From positions 15,934,001 through 15,998,000 of the forward strand of contig CM060733.1 in assembly GCA_030704615.1 (NCBI GenBank): DNA of 64,000 bases. The letters run 5' to 3'. Below the pieces are notes generated by a model. That model ran no database searches. It was given only the letters and a program-made list of their open reading frames with translations, and was not told the DNA's origin. Of this stretch, positions 1 to 12,237 are shown one piece after another. The number at the start of each line of letters is the position of its first letter. Within the stretch, counting starts at the first letter, position 1. Position numbers and translations under genes: made by a program. The DNA is from Takakia lepidozioides (taxonomy: Eukaryota > Plantae > Bryophyta).

Positions 1-405
1 TCTGCTTCCTCCCCTTCGGCATTGGCCTACGTCCGAAGTATAATTTCCGGAGCTTGCGACGAGGTCTCCTGTCTGGTGCACGAAACTCCCCCCTCTCAGG
101 TTCGAGCATAAGAAGAACAGAGAGAGGGAAAAGGGGCAAAGAGTGCAGATGGAAAGGGCGCGAGAGGGGTGACTGAGGAGACACGACAAAAGTAGATGAA
201 ACGGCGGTGATGCACCACTTGGGTTCGAAAGGGTTGGACGAAAGTGTCTCCTCGTGGACTTTGCGTCATTACGAAATTCGAATCGTTCAGGGTACGCCTG
301 CCGTCCGAAAAACAAACATCATTATCCAACGGTCAGGCCGCGCCGCCTCATGCCCCTTCAGTCAGATAGAGTGCCGACATGTGCAGCAATTCCGTTGCTC
401 CACGT

Positions 406-2163
406 GTTCACATTTCAAGGCATTTCCGTCCCAGCGTCTGATGAGTTGGAGCGAAAATGCGAATGCGGCGCCGCATTTCCGTTAAGTACCATCACGAAGC
501 TACACATCCGTACTTGTTGGAAGAAAATGCGGCACCGCATTTCCGTTCCACCTTCACATACCTTAGTTGTTGAACGGAAATACGGTGCCGCATTTCCGTC
601 CCACAGCTCCATGTATGAGATTCAAAAGGGAAATGCGGCGCCGCATTTCCGTTCTGGAATGTCGAAAGGTGCGATTCGGACGGGAATGAGGCACAACATT
701 TCAGTTCCCGTGGTTCATGATTTTCAATGTGAACGGAAATGCGGTACCGCATTTCCGTTCCCCCTTCACATACGTTAGTTGATGAATGGAAATGCCGTGC
801 CACATTTCCGTTCGGGAAAGTATAGAGGTCTCACCTGGACAGAAATGCGGTGCCGCATTTCCGGTCTCGAAAGTTTGAAGGTCTCACATGGATGGAAATG
901 CGGCAACACATTTCCGTAGCACAGCTCCAGGCCCCATATAGAAAACGGAAATGCGGCGCCGCATTTCCGTTCTAGAATGTCGGAAGGTGCGACTCGGACG
1001 GAAATGCGGTGCCGCATTTCTGTTCCCGTTGCGCACGATTTTCAGTCAGAACGGAAATGCGGTACCGCATTTCCGTTCTGTAGAGTATTAACGTCTGACG
1101 CTGGCGGAAATGCTGTGCCGCATTTTCGTTCCACAGCTCCATGCCTCACATACAAAACGGAAATGCGGCGCCGCATTTCCGTTTTGGAATGTCGGAAGGT
1201 GCGACTCCGACGGAAATGCGGTACCGCATTTCAGTTCCGATGTTTCAGGATATTTCATCAGAACGGAAATGCGGTGCCGCATTTCCCTTTTGAATCTAAT
1301 ACATTCCGTTCTGGAATGTTGGGAGGTGCGACTCGGATGGAAATGCGTTGCCGCATTTCAGTTCCGATGGTTCACGATTTTCAGTCAGAACGGAAATGCG
1401 GTACCGCATTTCCGTTCTGGAATGTTGGTAGGTGCGACTCGGATGGAAATACGCTGCCGCATTTCAGTTCAGATGGTTCACGATTTTCAGTCAGAACGGA
1501 AATGCGGTACCGCATTTCCGTTCTGGATAGTATGAATGTCTCAAGCGGTCGGAATTGCGCTGTATGAAGCTGTCGGAATCGCACTCGGCTCCATGCATCA
1601 GATACAAAATGGAAATGCGGCGCCGCATTTCCGTTCTGGAATGTCGGAAAGTGCGACTCGGACAGAAATGCGGTGCCGCATTTCTGTTCCCGTTGTTCAT
1701 AATTCTCAATCAGAACGGAAATGCGGTACCGCATTTCCGTTCCACCTTCACATACCGTGCTTGGTGGATGGAAATGCGGTACCGCATTTCCGTTATGGAG
1801 AGTATGAATGTCTTTTAAGGACGGAAATGTGCTGCAGCATTTCTATCCCTCAGCTCCATGCATCAGATACAAAATGGAAATGCGGCGCCGCATTTTCGTT
1901 CTGGAATGTCGGAAAAGTGCGACTCGGACGGAAATGCGGTGCCGCATTTCTGTTCCCGTTGTTCATAATTCTCAATCAGAACGGAAATGCGGTACCGCAT
2001 TTCCGTTCCACCTTCACATACCGTGCTTGCTGGATGGAAATGCGTTACCGCATTTCCGTTCTGGAGAGTATAAAGGTTTCCCCCGGACGGAAACTCGGTG
2101 CCGCATTTCCGTCGCTCTGGTGCATGACCAAGATGCAATACGGAAATGCGGCGCCGTATTTCC
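406..2163. repeat. Array of ~32 22-bp palindromes GGAAATGC-GGYRCC-GCATTTCC, 53-bp period, 5-unit higher-order spacer cycle
   Basis: Unit starts at 523,576,629,682,735,788,841,894,947,1000,1053,1106,1159,1212,1265 (all +53), then 1339-1551 and 1611-2142 again at 53/54 bp. Spacer types recur. Confidence 0.95.
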
Positions 2164-2592
2164 GTCCACCAGCAATCGAAAGAATCACTCGGGACGGGAA
2201 ATCTGGAACCTGAATGGGTTGCATTGTTCCGAAACAACACAATTGCGGCCAGTCTTGATGAGCACAACTTGGTTGTCTGACCGTTTTAACTAACAGTACT
2301 GGCACTTGTCAGTGCGAACGTTCCTGTCTGCACCGAGAATACTGCTGGATCCACCCTCAGGAGAAACTGTCAGGAGATGTTATTTCGTCGCCGAATCGGC
2401 CATCATTGTCATACTTACTGGCTATGGAATCAAACCTCCCAACTTCATGCATGTAGCTTGAAACAATACTTTCCACTTCAATGTGCGACTTCCAATCGTC
2501 GATGGACTCCGCAGATCCACTTAGATGGTGCCTGTGAGCCTTGGTCTGTCGCTATACTGAACCTCGCACTTGCCAACTCCGTGCGGTGTTCG

Positions 2593-5500
2593 ATGGCTCC
2601 GAATTCCTACGCTATAGTTTGCTGTCCTCCGCAACTTGGGAGAGCCTGGATCCCAAACGAGGGAGGACTTTGCAGAGTGACTGAAACTTACCTTTGTTCC
2701 AAATTCAAGCTCAAACCGGGCACAGTTTATTTGGAAGAAGAAAGGAAGGATGTTCCTGGACAGGTTGACGAGACCATTGTCGTGCTAGGTAACGACGGAG
2801 GTTGCGGAATCGAATGGCACGTTCCCCCGTCAGACACCATCCTGTACCGAGCTGTGGGAATGCCCATTCCCTTTCCGAATCAGTCGCTGCCCACACCATC
2901 CACAAAGGAGTCCGGAAACCGAGAGGCGGCCACTGCCAACAGAGAGGTATGCAACGATAATCATTCCCGACCTGGACCGTCAAGACCCTCCATAGCTTCT
3001 CGTGTGGACGTATTCGACATTTCCGACGAGGAAGATGATTGCATTGAGGTACCCATGTCCTCCACACGGTCGTTCAAATCCGGCATGGACGTCTCTGTCG
3101 GTGCTACGAATGTGCCCTCGAGCATAACTCCAACCCGGTCCATTGTGCAGCTCCTACGACAACATCACCTCGATGGTTCTCGCTCCGAGCTGGCTGCTCT
3201 CGACTATGCCAAATTCCCAGTCAGAAAGGTAACGTTTCTGCCTCCCGAAGTCGATGGCAATGTCATCTTCGAGTTTCCACCTGTTTCTTCGTCAAACAAA
3301 GCCTCCGGGATGTTAACAGACATGGATCGAAAGCATGACGGACACCCCTGGTGTGTGACGAAGACCAGTAGCACGAAAATTGCTGATGGTGTTCGTGTAC
3401 GATATGTCCTCTGTGCGGGGAAGCTGAGGTGCCTCAATCCCACCTGCTTCCACTTTCTCTCCAAAGGAGGGCGGAGAAACGAGACGGATTGGACTGGCAC
3501 AACGCATCATCCATTCATTGTCTCCAGCCAAGCTCCTGCGGGTTCTTTCAAGTGTGCACATTGCAAAGAACCACCGACGTGCATGTCCATGTGCAGAGCC
3601 AAGCAATATTACGTAATCCATTTGCTCCCGGACTTGACTAGAGCTTGCATACACGTTGGGGTCCACTGCCACCCCTTGGCGAGAGGCAACATGCGTGAGG
3701 CTGTGCAGGAAGCACACGACATCATAAAAGAGGAGGTGAAATTGAGCCCCGGAGCCAGACCAAAGCAGATTCAGCTGAAGGCAGCCCACAAGATTGCTCT
3801 TGGCAAAATCATGTCTGAAGATGGTTCCGACCGAGAGCCCTTGACCGAAGACGAGATGCGTGACCTCTTGGAGTCCGTCTCGCACGTTTGTAGTCCGAAT
3901 GTGCGGAATCACATCGTATCTTGCAAGCAGGAGTTCGGCAGGGGGTCGGACATGTACTCAATCCTGGAGGTGAAACGAATGACTGGATATGACTACATCC
4001 AAGGTAGCAGGTTTCCAGGGCAAGGCAGCGAATCCGATCGTTGTTACATTTTCAAAATGTCGACGTGTGGGCCTGGGAGTGGAGTCGACTTGGTCACTCG
4101 CATGACAACTGGAAACTTGTCGAATGCTTGGGTGATGTTTGATCACATCAAGCGAATTACAAACCATCAGTGGGTGACTATGGGTGCGCATGTTTATGAC
4201 TATCACTCCAAGAGGCTCATGACGATTGCAATCTGCGAGATGAAAGGGGAGGACACACAGTCCGAGATGCATCTGTGGGAGGGCATAAACCAGCAGATGG
4301 CAAGGGCGGGATTGCCAGAGCCCAATTTCAGGGGATTCATGGCAGACAACGCTCAGGCCAACTGGGCAACGGTGCGGCGTGTGTACGGTGAGGACCCCAA
4401 TGTTCCAATGGAGGGGAAAGAGAGATCCTGTGGATTCCATTGGATGCAGAGTCTATCCCACTACACTACCAAATTTGTTGCTAGCTCATTCCAGGCTGAA
4501 CACCGTGTCCTTTGTACGGTGTGGAAGGATGCACCCACATTTGATGACGCGGAGGTTAAGTTTGCTATCATCGAGGCTTGGTGGAACACGTCAGGTGCAG
4601 TGGAGACAACCAATCTGGGAGCATTGCACAGCTGGTTGGGGTGGTGGCATTTTCGGTATCGACAGTTCGGACAGTACATGCGGGAGGTAGGCTGCTGTCA
4701 ATTTCGTTCATTTGTCTTTATGTTACGGACATTTCGATTGGTCCCTCACCATTGTTTGTGTCCTTCTAGGAGCGGTGCTTGGATTCCGACACGGACATGC
4801 CGAACACAAATATGGCAGAATCGGTCCACTCCTCCTGGCGAGCGTCTTCTGCCGCACATCTGGTGGACGTAGTGACGGCCACAACGGAGGACATCGACAG
4901 AGCAATCATGCAGCAAGCCACGTACTACAAGTTCCTGAGCGGCAAACAATGGGGCTTTGGGCCGGACAAGGAGGAATTGTTGGTACGAACAGCTTCGAGG
5001 TCCAAGAATCCAGTGAAATGGGCGACAGCATTGCGAGACAAGATCAAAGGGACGCCTCTGCACCGCAGAGGTGAACACCTAGAGGGGGACGTCCGGACTC
5101 GCCCTGTCAGGCGGAGGATTGAAGAGGAACCCGGGTGCGAAGAGGATTCCTGGAGATCCGACAGGAACATTCGGACAGCACCTCGAGGTCCCGTCATGTT
5201 GCCGCACAATGTGTCTTCCAGCAGTGGAAGCCCAAGAAATTCCAGATCGCCGTCGCCTTCAACCGGGGATTTCGTGCAAAAAATTCCCACCGCTCCCTTG
5301 CCCCACATTCCGCCCGCTGTTATGCAGTATGGCCAAGCCATTGTGGAGACGACTGTGTCTGCATCACAGTGGAGAATTGCTCGCACAAAGCCGTCGTTTC
5401 GAGGAAGGTGTTCCGCAATTCATGTGGATACACGGCAACGTTGTTTAGAGATGATAAGGAGGAATCCAGATGGGGCTGTCCCTGCTCCTACTTTTACAGG

Positions 5501-6200
5501 AAGATTTGTCCATGCAAAGTTTGCGGAGGCGACAACCACCCAGTTCTGGTTCTGCAGGCACGACATTATGACTTGCGTGTATGGAAAGCCCAAGTACGGC
5601 ATACAAACAATGCCAGAGGCTCCCCCGGTGTGGCCGATGGAACCAGGCTGCGATCTGAGTCAGGTTGAGGCCGACGCCCTTACCGCCGCAGGATTTCGGA
5701 TGGTGCAGCGCACTGACGTCCCCAGACATCCATTTCCGCTTCCACAGCCTCCACCACCGACCCCTGTGAGAGCAAGAACAATGGGACACGACAGCTCTAA
5801 GCATCCTACACACCGTTGGGGGAAACCGAAGAGGCGGCGACCTCCCTCAAAAGTGAACGAGACAAGGATGGGGAATGCACTTCGGATGAACTGTACAATC
5901 CAGAGCTCGACAGAAGTGCCCCCACCAGGATTCGGGCGTGTGTATCAGATGGCCACGGCGGGCTCAGCTGTTCGCAATGAGGTGTACACCATCACCATTT
6001 CAGAATTACCCACCTGCAATTGCACCGACTTCCAGATCATGGCGAACAAGGGGGCATCATACTGCCCTTGCAAGCATTTGTACTACGTGTACCTAAAGAG
6101 ACTCCGTTGTAATTCCACAACTAATCACTTCATACATGCACCAGGGTTGAGCCCCCAGGAGGTTCACACTCTTCTGAATATGGATCCAGGGGACCAGTGA
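2593..6200 (+). CDS. MULE transposase, ~1174 aa, 2 exons (2593-4686, 4770-6200): GCM-like Zn domain, DDE core, Cys-rich domain, SWIM finger
   Basis: A phase-0 GT..AG intron at 4687-4769 joins the 831-aa and 473-aa ORFs in frame. Motifs: DGHPW..CAGKLRC..CAHC..GVHCHP (WRKY-GCM1 fold); WVMFD, FMADN, CGFH, NMAES (MULE D-D-CxxH-E); CNC..CKH (SWIM). Start codon inferred. Confidence 0.88.
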
Positions 6201-6977
6201 GCTTGGCTTGCGGTCCCAATACAATGGTACGCCCATCCTTTTCGGATAGTAGAACTGTACTGCTGCCAGTACCTCAGACTCTGGCCACAGAAAGGTCCGA
6301 CATATGTCTTGCCTACCAGTAACCTGTTTTGCTCGAACTAAGATATTACTATATCGTTCACTTGCTTCCACGTGCATGTATTTTTGTATGTTGGAGGGTT
6401 CATGTTTTTCTGCTTTCCGAAAACTTGCTTTCCTCATTCGACCTCCGACAAGGAAATGCGGCGCCGCATTTCCAAGTATCGTCGTAGGTACTGGCAGAGG
6501 CGGCCTTCGCCAACACCAAACCGCTCCGAAATTTCGCACGTGCGAACCCTAATGCGGCACCTTATTTCCCAGTTCAGTTGCAAACCTTTCCCGCCGAATA
6601 CCCGAAGAAGACAGAATTGTGAAGTACTGCAGACTGTATTGGTGCAGACTCCATTGGTTCAATCGCGGCAAAAGGGTCAGCTTCATTCCAATGTTAAGGC
6701 ATATAAAACCGCGGAATACTCTATACATGCCAGTATGCGACATCCTTTTGCAGTGGTATACTGGATTTCCCGTTGCACGGTCACTTATTTCCATGAGCGG
6801 ATCTAAAAAACCATGAGCGGACTTGTTACTGACGACATATCTTCGCCGCATTACATGATCTGGAACGTCCAAAAACGGCAAGGTCAAATAAAAAACTATT
6901 ATTTTAATACTTGTTTAATCTGCCGCATTTCCAAATTTGGAGGAGTCCGCTCATGAAATCCGCGTATCTTAGACTTC

Positions 6978-7051
6978 GGCTCACCGCTCATGCGGCTCAT
7001 GCGGCTCATGGCTCATGGCTCATGGTTTCTGCTCATGAAATAGTAAACCTC
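6978..7051 (+). repeat. Right TIR with subterminal GCTCATG heptamer repeats
   Basis: Tandem gctcatgcg/gctcatg units. Terminal 21 bp GAGGTTTACTATTTCATGAGC versus left end GGGGGCTGCTATTTCATGAGC (34507). Confidence 0.85.
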
Positions 7052-7703
7052 GCAGCTTTGAGCCTCATAGATGTTGTGAGGGCCCTTGCCACTTGCCCCT
7101 TGGGCGGAAGGGCCTGCAATCTATGGAGAAAGATTGTAAGCCTGAACTGTGCCTCGGATTGCAATGGTACACATGCAAACCTTGCACCTAGGATCTGAGA
7201 TGGACTTGTGCTCCTGGCGCCAAGCATTGCTTGGAGAAAAGATGACTGTAATGGTTCCAAATTCTTTTCCCACCAGGAGACAGGGACAGTAGGTGCCCAG
7301 AACTCGCAACCATTGATGGTAGCAGGGCTGACAACGGTGTCAAACAACCACTTTTTGGTCGGGGGATGCCGCAGATGTATTTGCTTGCATTTGGCGTGAA
7401 GGCGAACGGAGGCCGCCTTACCTTTAGTCAATCTGTCGAAGGCAGTGGCTGCAAAGTGAAACTTGGGGGAATGGATAACCAGACCTAGGTACCGGTATGA
7501 TTTGACAATCTCAATTTCCTGCTGGTTGAAGATGAATCTACGATCAGCCTGGCCATTGAAGACCATGATCTTGGTCTTGCTAAGATTGACTTGCATCCCA
7601 TAGTCTTTGCAGAACTGTTCCAAAATTTTGATATGGCGTTGCAGAAAGACCGGGGATTGTGCCAAAAGGGCAACATCATCAGCGTAGAGGAGATGTGATT
7701 GGG
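7052..7703 (-). mobile_element. LINE reverse transcriptase fragment
   Basis: LLYADDVALL..LQRHIKILEQFC..VNLSKTKIMVF..YRYLG; cut by the MULE TIR at 7051. Confidence 0.85.
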
Positions 7704-8630
7704 CAGAAAATGAAGTTAGGCAGAAAACATCCCTGAACATGTTTTCAATTTGTGTCATGGGGAGGACATCGTGGAAAAACCTTCAGGTCTACCACTGTGT
7801 GCAGAGGGACTAGTTTTTAGGTCAAGGAAATGTTGCTTTGTCACGTCATTGCACCTGCGTTGGAGTACGCATTTGCTATATGCGTTGATAACTCCAACGA
7901 GGCTAGGTCTGCAATATCCTTTCAATTGAATTGTGTCTGCACCTGTGTTTACCAACATTGAGAGTCTTTAGGCCTTTTGGGGCTCCGTTGCTGGGCTCCG
8001 CCATACAGCCATTTGCTGATTGTGTGAATAGATGTCCAGTGGATATGTGCAAAACCCGGATGGATGTTCTGTTTCCTGGTAAGTTTAATGTGGTAGTGAT
8101 GTGAACCCGCCCACATTCTGTTTCTTCACCAATGAATGGGCTTACATGTTATGAGGACGTTCTGTCCCTCTCCTTTTCAGTTTTTGGCACTTGCGCTGCA
8201 GGGGAGTGGGTTTGAGGTCAGCCAATCCATAGTTGTGGTTGTGGGATGGTTTATGCTCTGGTGACGTTGTGTTCAATAGGACTACAGCTGATGCACCTTG
8301 TGTGTGGGATGTTTTTGGCAGCGGAAGGGGAGTGAAGCTGCAGCAAAGCACTCTCAACCACCACACAATGCCAACCAACACCAACCTTGGCACCCACCCC
8401 CTGCCGGATGGTCTCCACAACAGAGTGCACCATGGGGAGCACCCCCTGCTTTGGGGTCGTGGCGCTAGCCTCCTGATGTTGCCACGTCACAATGGGGGCC
8501 TTCCACATCTCCATACGGCCCTCCCCCCTCCGGCACACATCAGTCACCCCCCACAACATATGACGGCGCTGCTCCAGAGCATGGGGGCAGGAAACGGACA
8601 TCAGAGCTGAGGAAGGAACGACGTCATGCC

Positions 8631-11600
8631 ATGAAACAATGGGAAGGAGATGGAGAGGGAAGGGTGGCTGCAGGGCTAAAGTGCCACAAGGTGGAGGTGC
8701 ATGGAAATGGAGTCATCAATGCTGGCTGCGAAGGTAAGGAACACTGGCAGCGTGATTTGCGTGGCCTGGCATTGCGTTACCTTGACTCAAGCGTACAAGA
8801 CATTGACCAGCAGTCCCAGAGTGCCATGTCAACAGTAATAGAGGGCATAAATGGAATGTACGAGTACACACCTATCCCTGCCAATCGTGATTTTATAGTG
8901 AAGCAATGTGGGAAGATAATGAAAGGAGAAAGAGAAAAACTGAAAGATAAATGGGCGAAGACTGGTGTGAGGCCAATGAACACTGAACCGGCCTATTGGG
9001 ATAAGCTTGTTGCCTACTAGGAGTCCCCTCGTGGACTTGCAAAGGTTGAAGGGATGAAGCAAGCGCGTGCTTGTGTCACGAACCCCTCGCGTTGGGGCCG
9101 GGCAGGAGTTGCAGGCCAAGCAGCCCGTTTGGTAATCTCCCTCACCCCCTTTCATTGCTCTTACGTTGTGGCATGTTCTGATGGAAGAGACACCCACGAG
9201 TGGGTTTTATTGCTTGTGCAGAATTAGTTGTTATGTGATATGCAGGGCAGTGCTTTGTCCATATGCTCCTGGCATTTTGTACTGACAGTGTGTGGATGGG
9301 CAAATACAGAAAAGACGCAAAGCGCGGAGCCCGTCACTGTCCGAGCTCGGGGCGGAGTGCAAGAACGCTGCGACTGGCACCCCATCAGAGTCTGTTTTGA
9401 GCCAGGTATGTTTTGAAGTCCGATTTCCATTCATGAATCTGTTGTTGTACTAAGATTTGGTGGGTATGTGGGGCCCCCACGCATGGTACACGAGGGGTGT
9501 TATGCCAAACCTAGCCATCTCCGAATGCCTGAAATCCTGCACATTCGGCCTCTTCTTCTGGTTTTTAACAGTACGGGTGGGTGTTTGTATGCGTAGGGAG
9601 TGGGGAACTCAATGGCAGCCCGCATCGGGGCCCTGGAGAGGCTTGCGGCTCTCTCTGCGGAGCGGGAGAGGGGAATGGAAGCACAACTGAAGAAGATAGT
9701 GGAACTCATGATGGGGCAAAAAGGGGGTGTGACGGGTGGCATTATGGAAGACCCCCCTGCTGCAACCATTGTACCTGACAAGGAGGAAGTAATTGTAGTG
9801 GGTAGGGATGTGACAGAGGTCCGTGCTGTTGTTGATGATATTCACAGTGGGGGGCAGGGTCCACTCGTTGAAGAGGGAGAGGTCCAGCAAGTTGGTGGGG
9901 ATGACATGGACGATGGGGGGGTCATTGCTCATGATGGGGGAAAAGGGGAAGCTGTAGGGGGAGAGGGTGGTAGTTTGCCTGGTCCAGGCTGCAGGGGGAC
10001 CAAAACTTTGCCCTCCGGGGTGACTGTTGTCTCCCAACCCACTGAGGTGAGACCCCGTGACACCCCTTCAAAAGCTCCTTTCATAGAAAAGTCGAAATTA
10101 ATTGTTCTAGACCTGAACGGGATCATGTGCCACTCTATTCCTAACTTTCAGCCCAACCCAAGGCGTCATTGGCCATGGGTGTTGACCACCAACAAGTATG
10201 TTTTCCCAAGGCCCCAGGTCTGCGAGTTTTTAAACCTTCTCTTCCGGTATTTCTACATTGGGATATGGTCATGTGCTTCCAAGGGGAATGTTGCAGACAT
10301 CTTCAAAGTGGTCATGCAGGGGGTCAAGGGTTCTCCCCTCTTTGTGTGGTCACAAGAGGAGTGTGACCCCTTGATAGAGCCACACCCCACAAAAGGGCCT
10401 GCCGTACAGAGAACTTACAGAAGAGACTGTCGAGGGTGTGGTCGGAACTTTCTGGATTTAACAAATCCAACACCCTCCTAGTGGATGATTCACCACACAA
10501 GGGGAGGGGGAACTCCCCTTTGAACATGGTCCATCCACTGTCGTTTGATGTCACTGGCAATGTCAGTGAGGGGCCCGATTCAGACTACCTTTTAGAAACA
10601 GTCTGGCCCTACTGCCAAGATTTGTTTTGCTCCAAGGATGTGCGTGTCTTCACAAGCACGCGGAAGCTAACCCCGACTGGCAGCTTGAATGTGGGAGAGG
10701 ATGGGGTCGTTGGGGGAAGTACTTCTGCGCCCATGAAGGTGAAACTAACCTTACTGTTTGCAACATGACATCGAAGCCAAAGTCCATGTTTGTTTTGTTC
10801 CCCCCGAATGCCCTCTCACGCAAGGCTGGCACTATATGTTTTGCAGGGACCACATGTACAGGGAGTGGCAGTGGGGTCGAATGTGAAGAAGGTGGGTCCT
10901 GCGCCTACGACCATAGTGCTACGGCGGCAGCATTCCGGATTCCCCCCCCCCCGGCATGAGGAGGCAGCGCCCAAGGTATGGTTGTTCCCAGCCCCTCTCC
11001 GCAAACTTACTTGGTTGGTTTCCTTTATGGATACACTTCCTGAAGCGTTGCAATGTGTATTCATTGCAGGTGAGCAAGAGGAGTGGGCTGTCCCCGGCAC
11101 CATCATCGCAGCAGGACGTGGTTCCCCAGGCATGCATTCATGGCTCCTTGCTTTGCCTGGCTGGTTTTTAGTAGGGTTATTTTTGCCAGGAAGTTGTAGT
11201 GCTAGGGTCTGAGCAGGGTGTTTGTTAGCTTGCTCCGTGGAGGTGTGTTTATACCATTGCAACCACCAGAGTTCATGTTATTCTTATCCGTCTGACTAAA
11301 CCTCTTTTTGCTGCTGCAGTTGAAGACACGTGGGCAGCTTTCCTCAGTTGCCACCCTCAGCGACGAGCTTCGCTTCAAGGTACGTTGGTACACCGTGAAT
11401 TGGCTGCTGATTCAGTATTGTGGCAACCAAGATCGTTTCCATGCCCAGCTGCACTTGACTTTCACCCTGTCATTGCTATGTTTGTTACTGAGTGGACCCT
11501 GTTGGTGTCTGCAGATATCAGATCTTGTGTTTCTCCTGAACCCCCATGACAAGCGGTCAAAGACAGCCGCCGCCAAGGCGGAAGTGGTGGGAATAGCCGG

Positions 11601-11796
11601 GGTTGACAAGTTCCACTGCAAGGACATTCGATCCGGGTGGTACAAGGTGAAAGTCCACGAGATCATGCTTCCAAGTGTTACATTGCCTTGCCCAAATGTG
11701 GACGATGCCCCCCCCCAGACCACACTAGCGCACGTGAAAGGCACGGTGACTCTGTGGCCAGAGAAGAGTATGAGGAAAGGTGAAAGTATCAAGTGA
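8631..11796 (+). pseudogene. CACTA (En/Spm) TnpA-like multi-exon gene with embedded FCP1/NIF HAD-phosphatase domain, disrupted
   Basis: WDKLVAY*ES..MKQAR..SRWGRAG resembles Ptta/En-Spm TnpA. LIVLDLNG..RPQVCEFL..IGIWSCA..NTLLVDDSPHK is FCP1 homology (~10090-10660, frameshift near 10410). C-terminal VFLL..AKAEV..GWYKVKV..LPCP..TLWP is Tnp1/En-Spm-like. Stop at 9018-9020. Confidence 0.6.
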
Positions 11797-12237
11797 CATT
11801 TCATGCTTGTAGTCCCTGTTGGGTGTGTAATGATACTCATAGAAGTGTGTATGATACTCACGTTACCAATTTTGAACATTTGGGCCATGACAGTTTAAGT
11901 GATGTCCGGCAACCATGTATGTTGGCATTTAGTCTTGCTCATATGCAGGTGTGCCGTGACGGTCTCTAATTTGAATGTAATATCACATTTCCTGACTTGT
12001 CGTTGTGTCCGTCCACCTTCTATGTGTATGTGTGATGGTCTTTGGTTTCCCTGTTGCCTCGTCTATTTGGTTCATTAGCGTGATGTTGTGCATGCATCGT
12101 GGTCTGCGTTCTCAGTCTCGCCCAGTATCATTGCTTCTCAATTCCCCCTGCATATGGGTGAACCACTAAAACCAGTAGAATGCATCAGAACCATATTTTT
12201 AGCTTAGAATGCAGGTCAGTTGGAAACTCACACAAAC

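Larger units (their letters stand above)
1..7051 (+). mobile_element. Mutator-like (MULE) DNA transposon, copy 1; left part lies outside the window, ends at right TIR
   Basis: Near-identical inverted copy at 45869-52790. Contains the DDE transposase. Ends ...GCTCATGAAATAGTAAACCTC(7051), the same terminus as at 23532 and 45869. Interrupts a LINE RT ORF. Confidence 0.9.

Noticed and set aside
406-2163. CRISPR array (palindromic repeat plus fixed-length spacers)
   Set aside because: Spacers recur in a 5-unit cycle rather than being unique, repeats are degenerate, there are no cas genes, and the context is a eukaryotic TE.
254-2305. Many overlapping ORFs with EMRRRIS/KCGAAFP/GNAAPHF (also 25022-25811, 36811-37617, 50606-52558)
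   Set aside because: These are translations of the palindrome in all six frames; indels between copies break them.
2377-6200. Two separate genes (831 aa and 473 aa)
   Set aside because: An in-frame GT-AG intron unites them, and the catalytic Glu lies in the second ORF.
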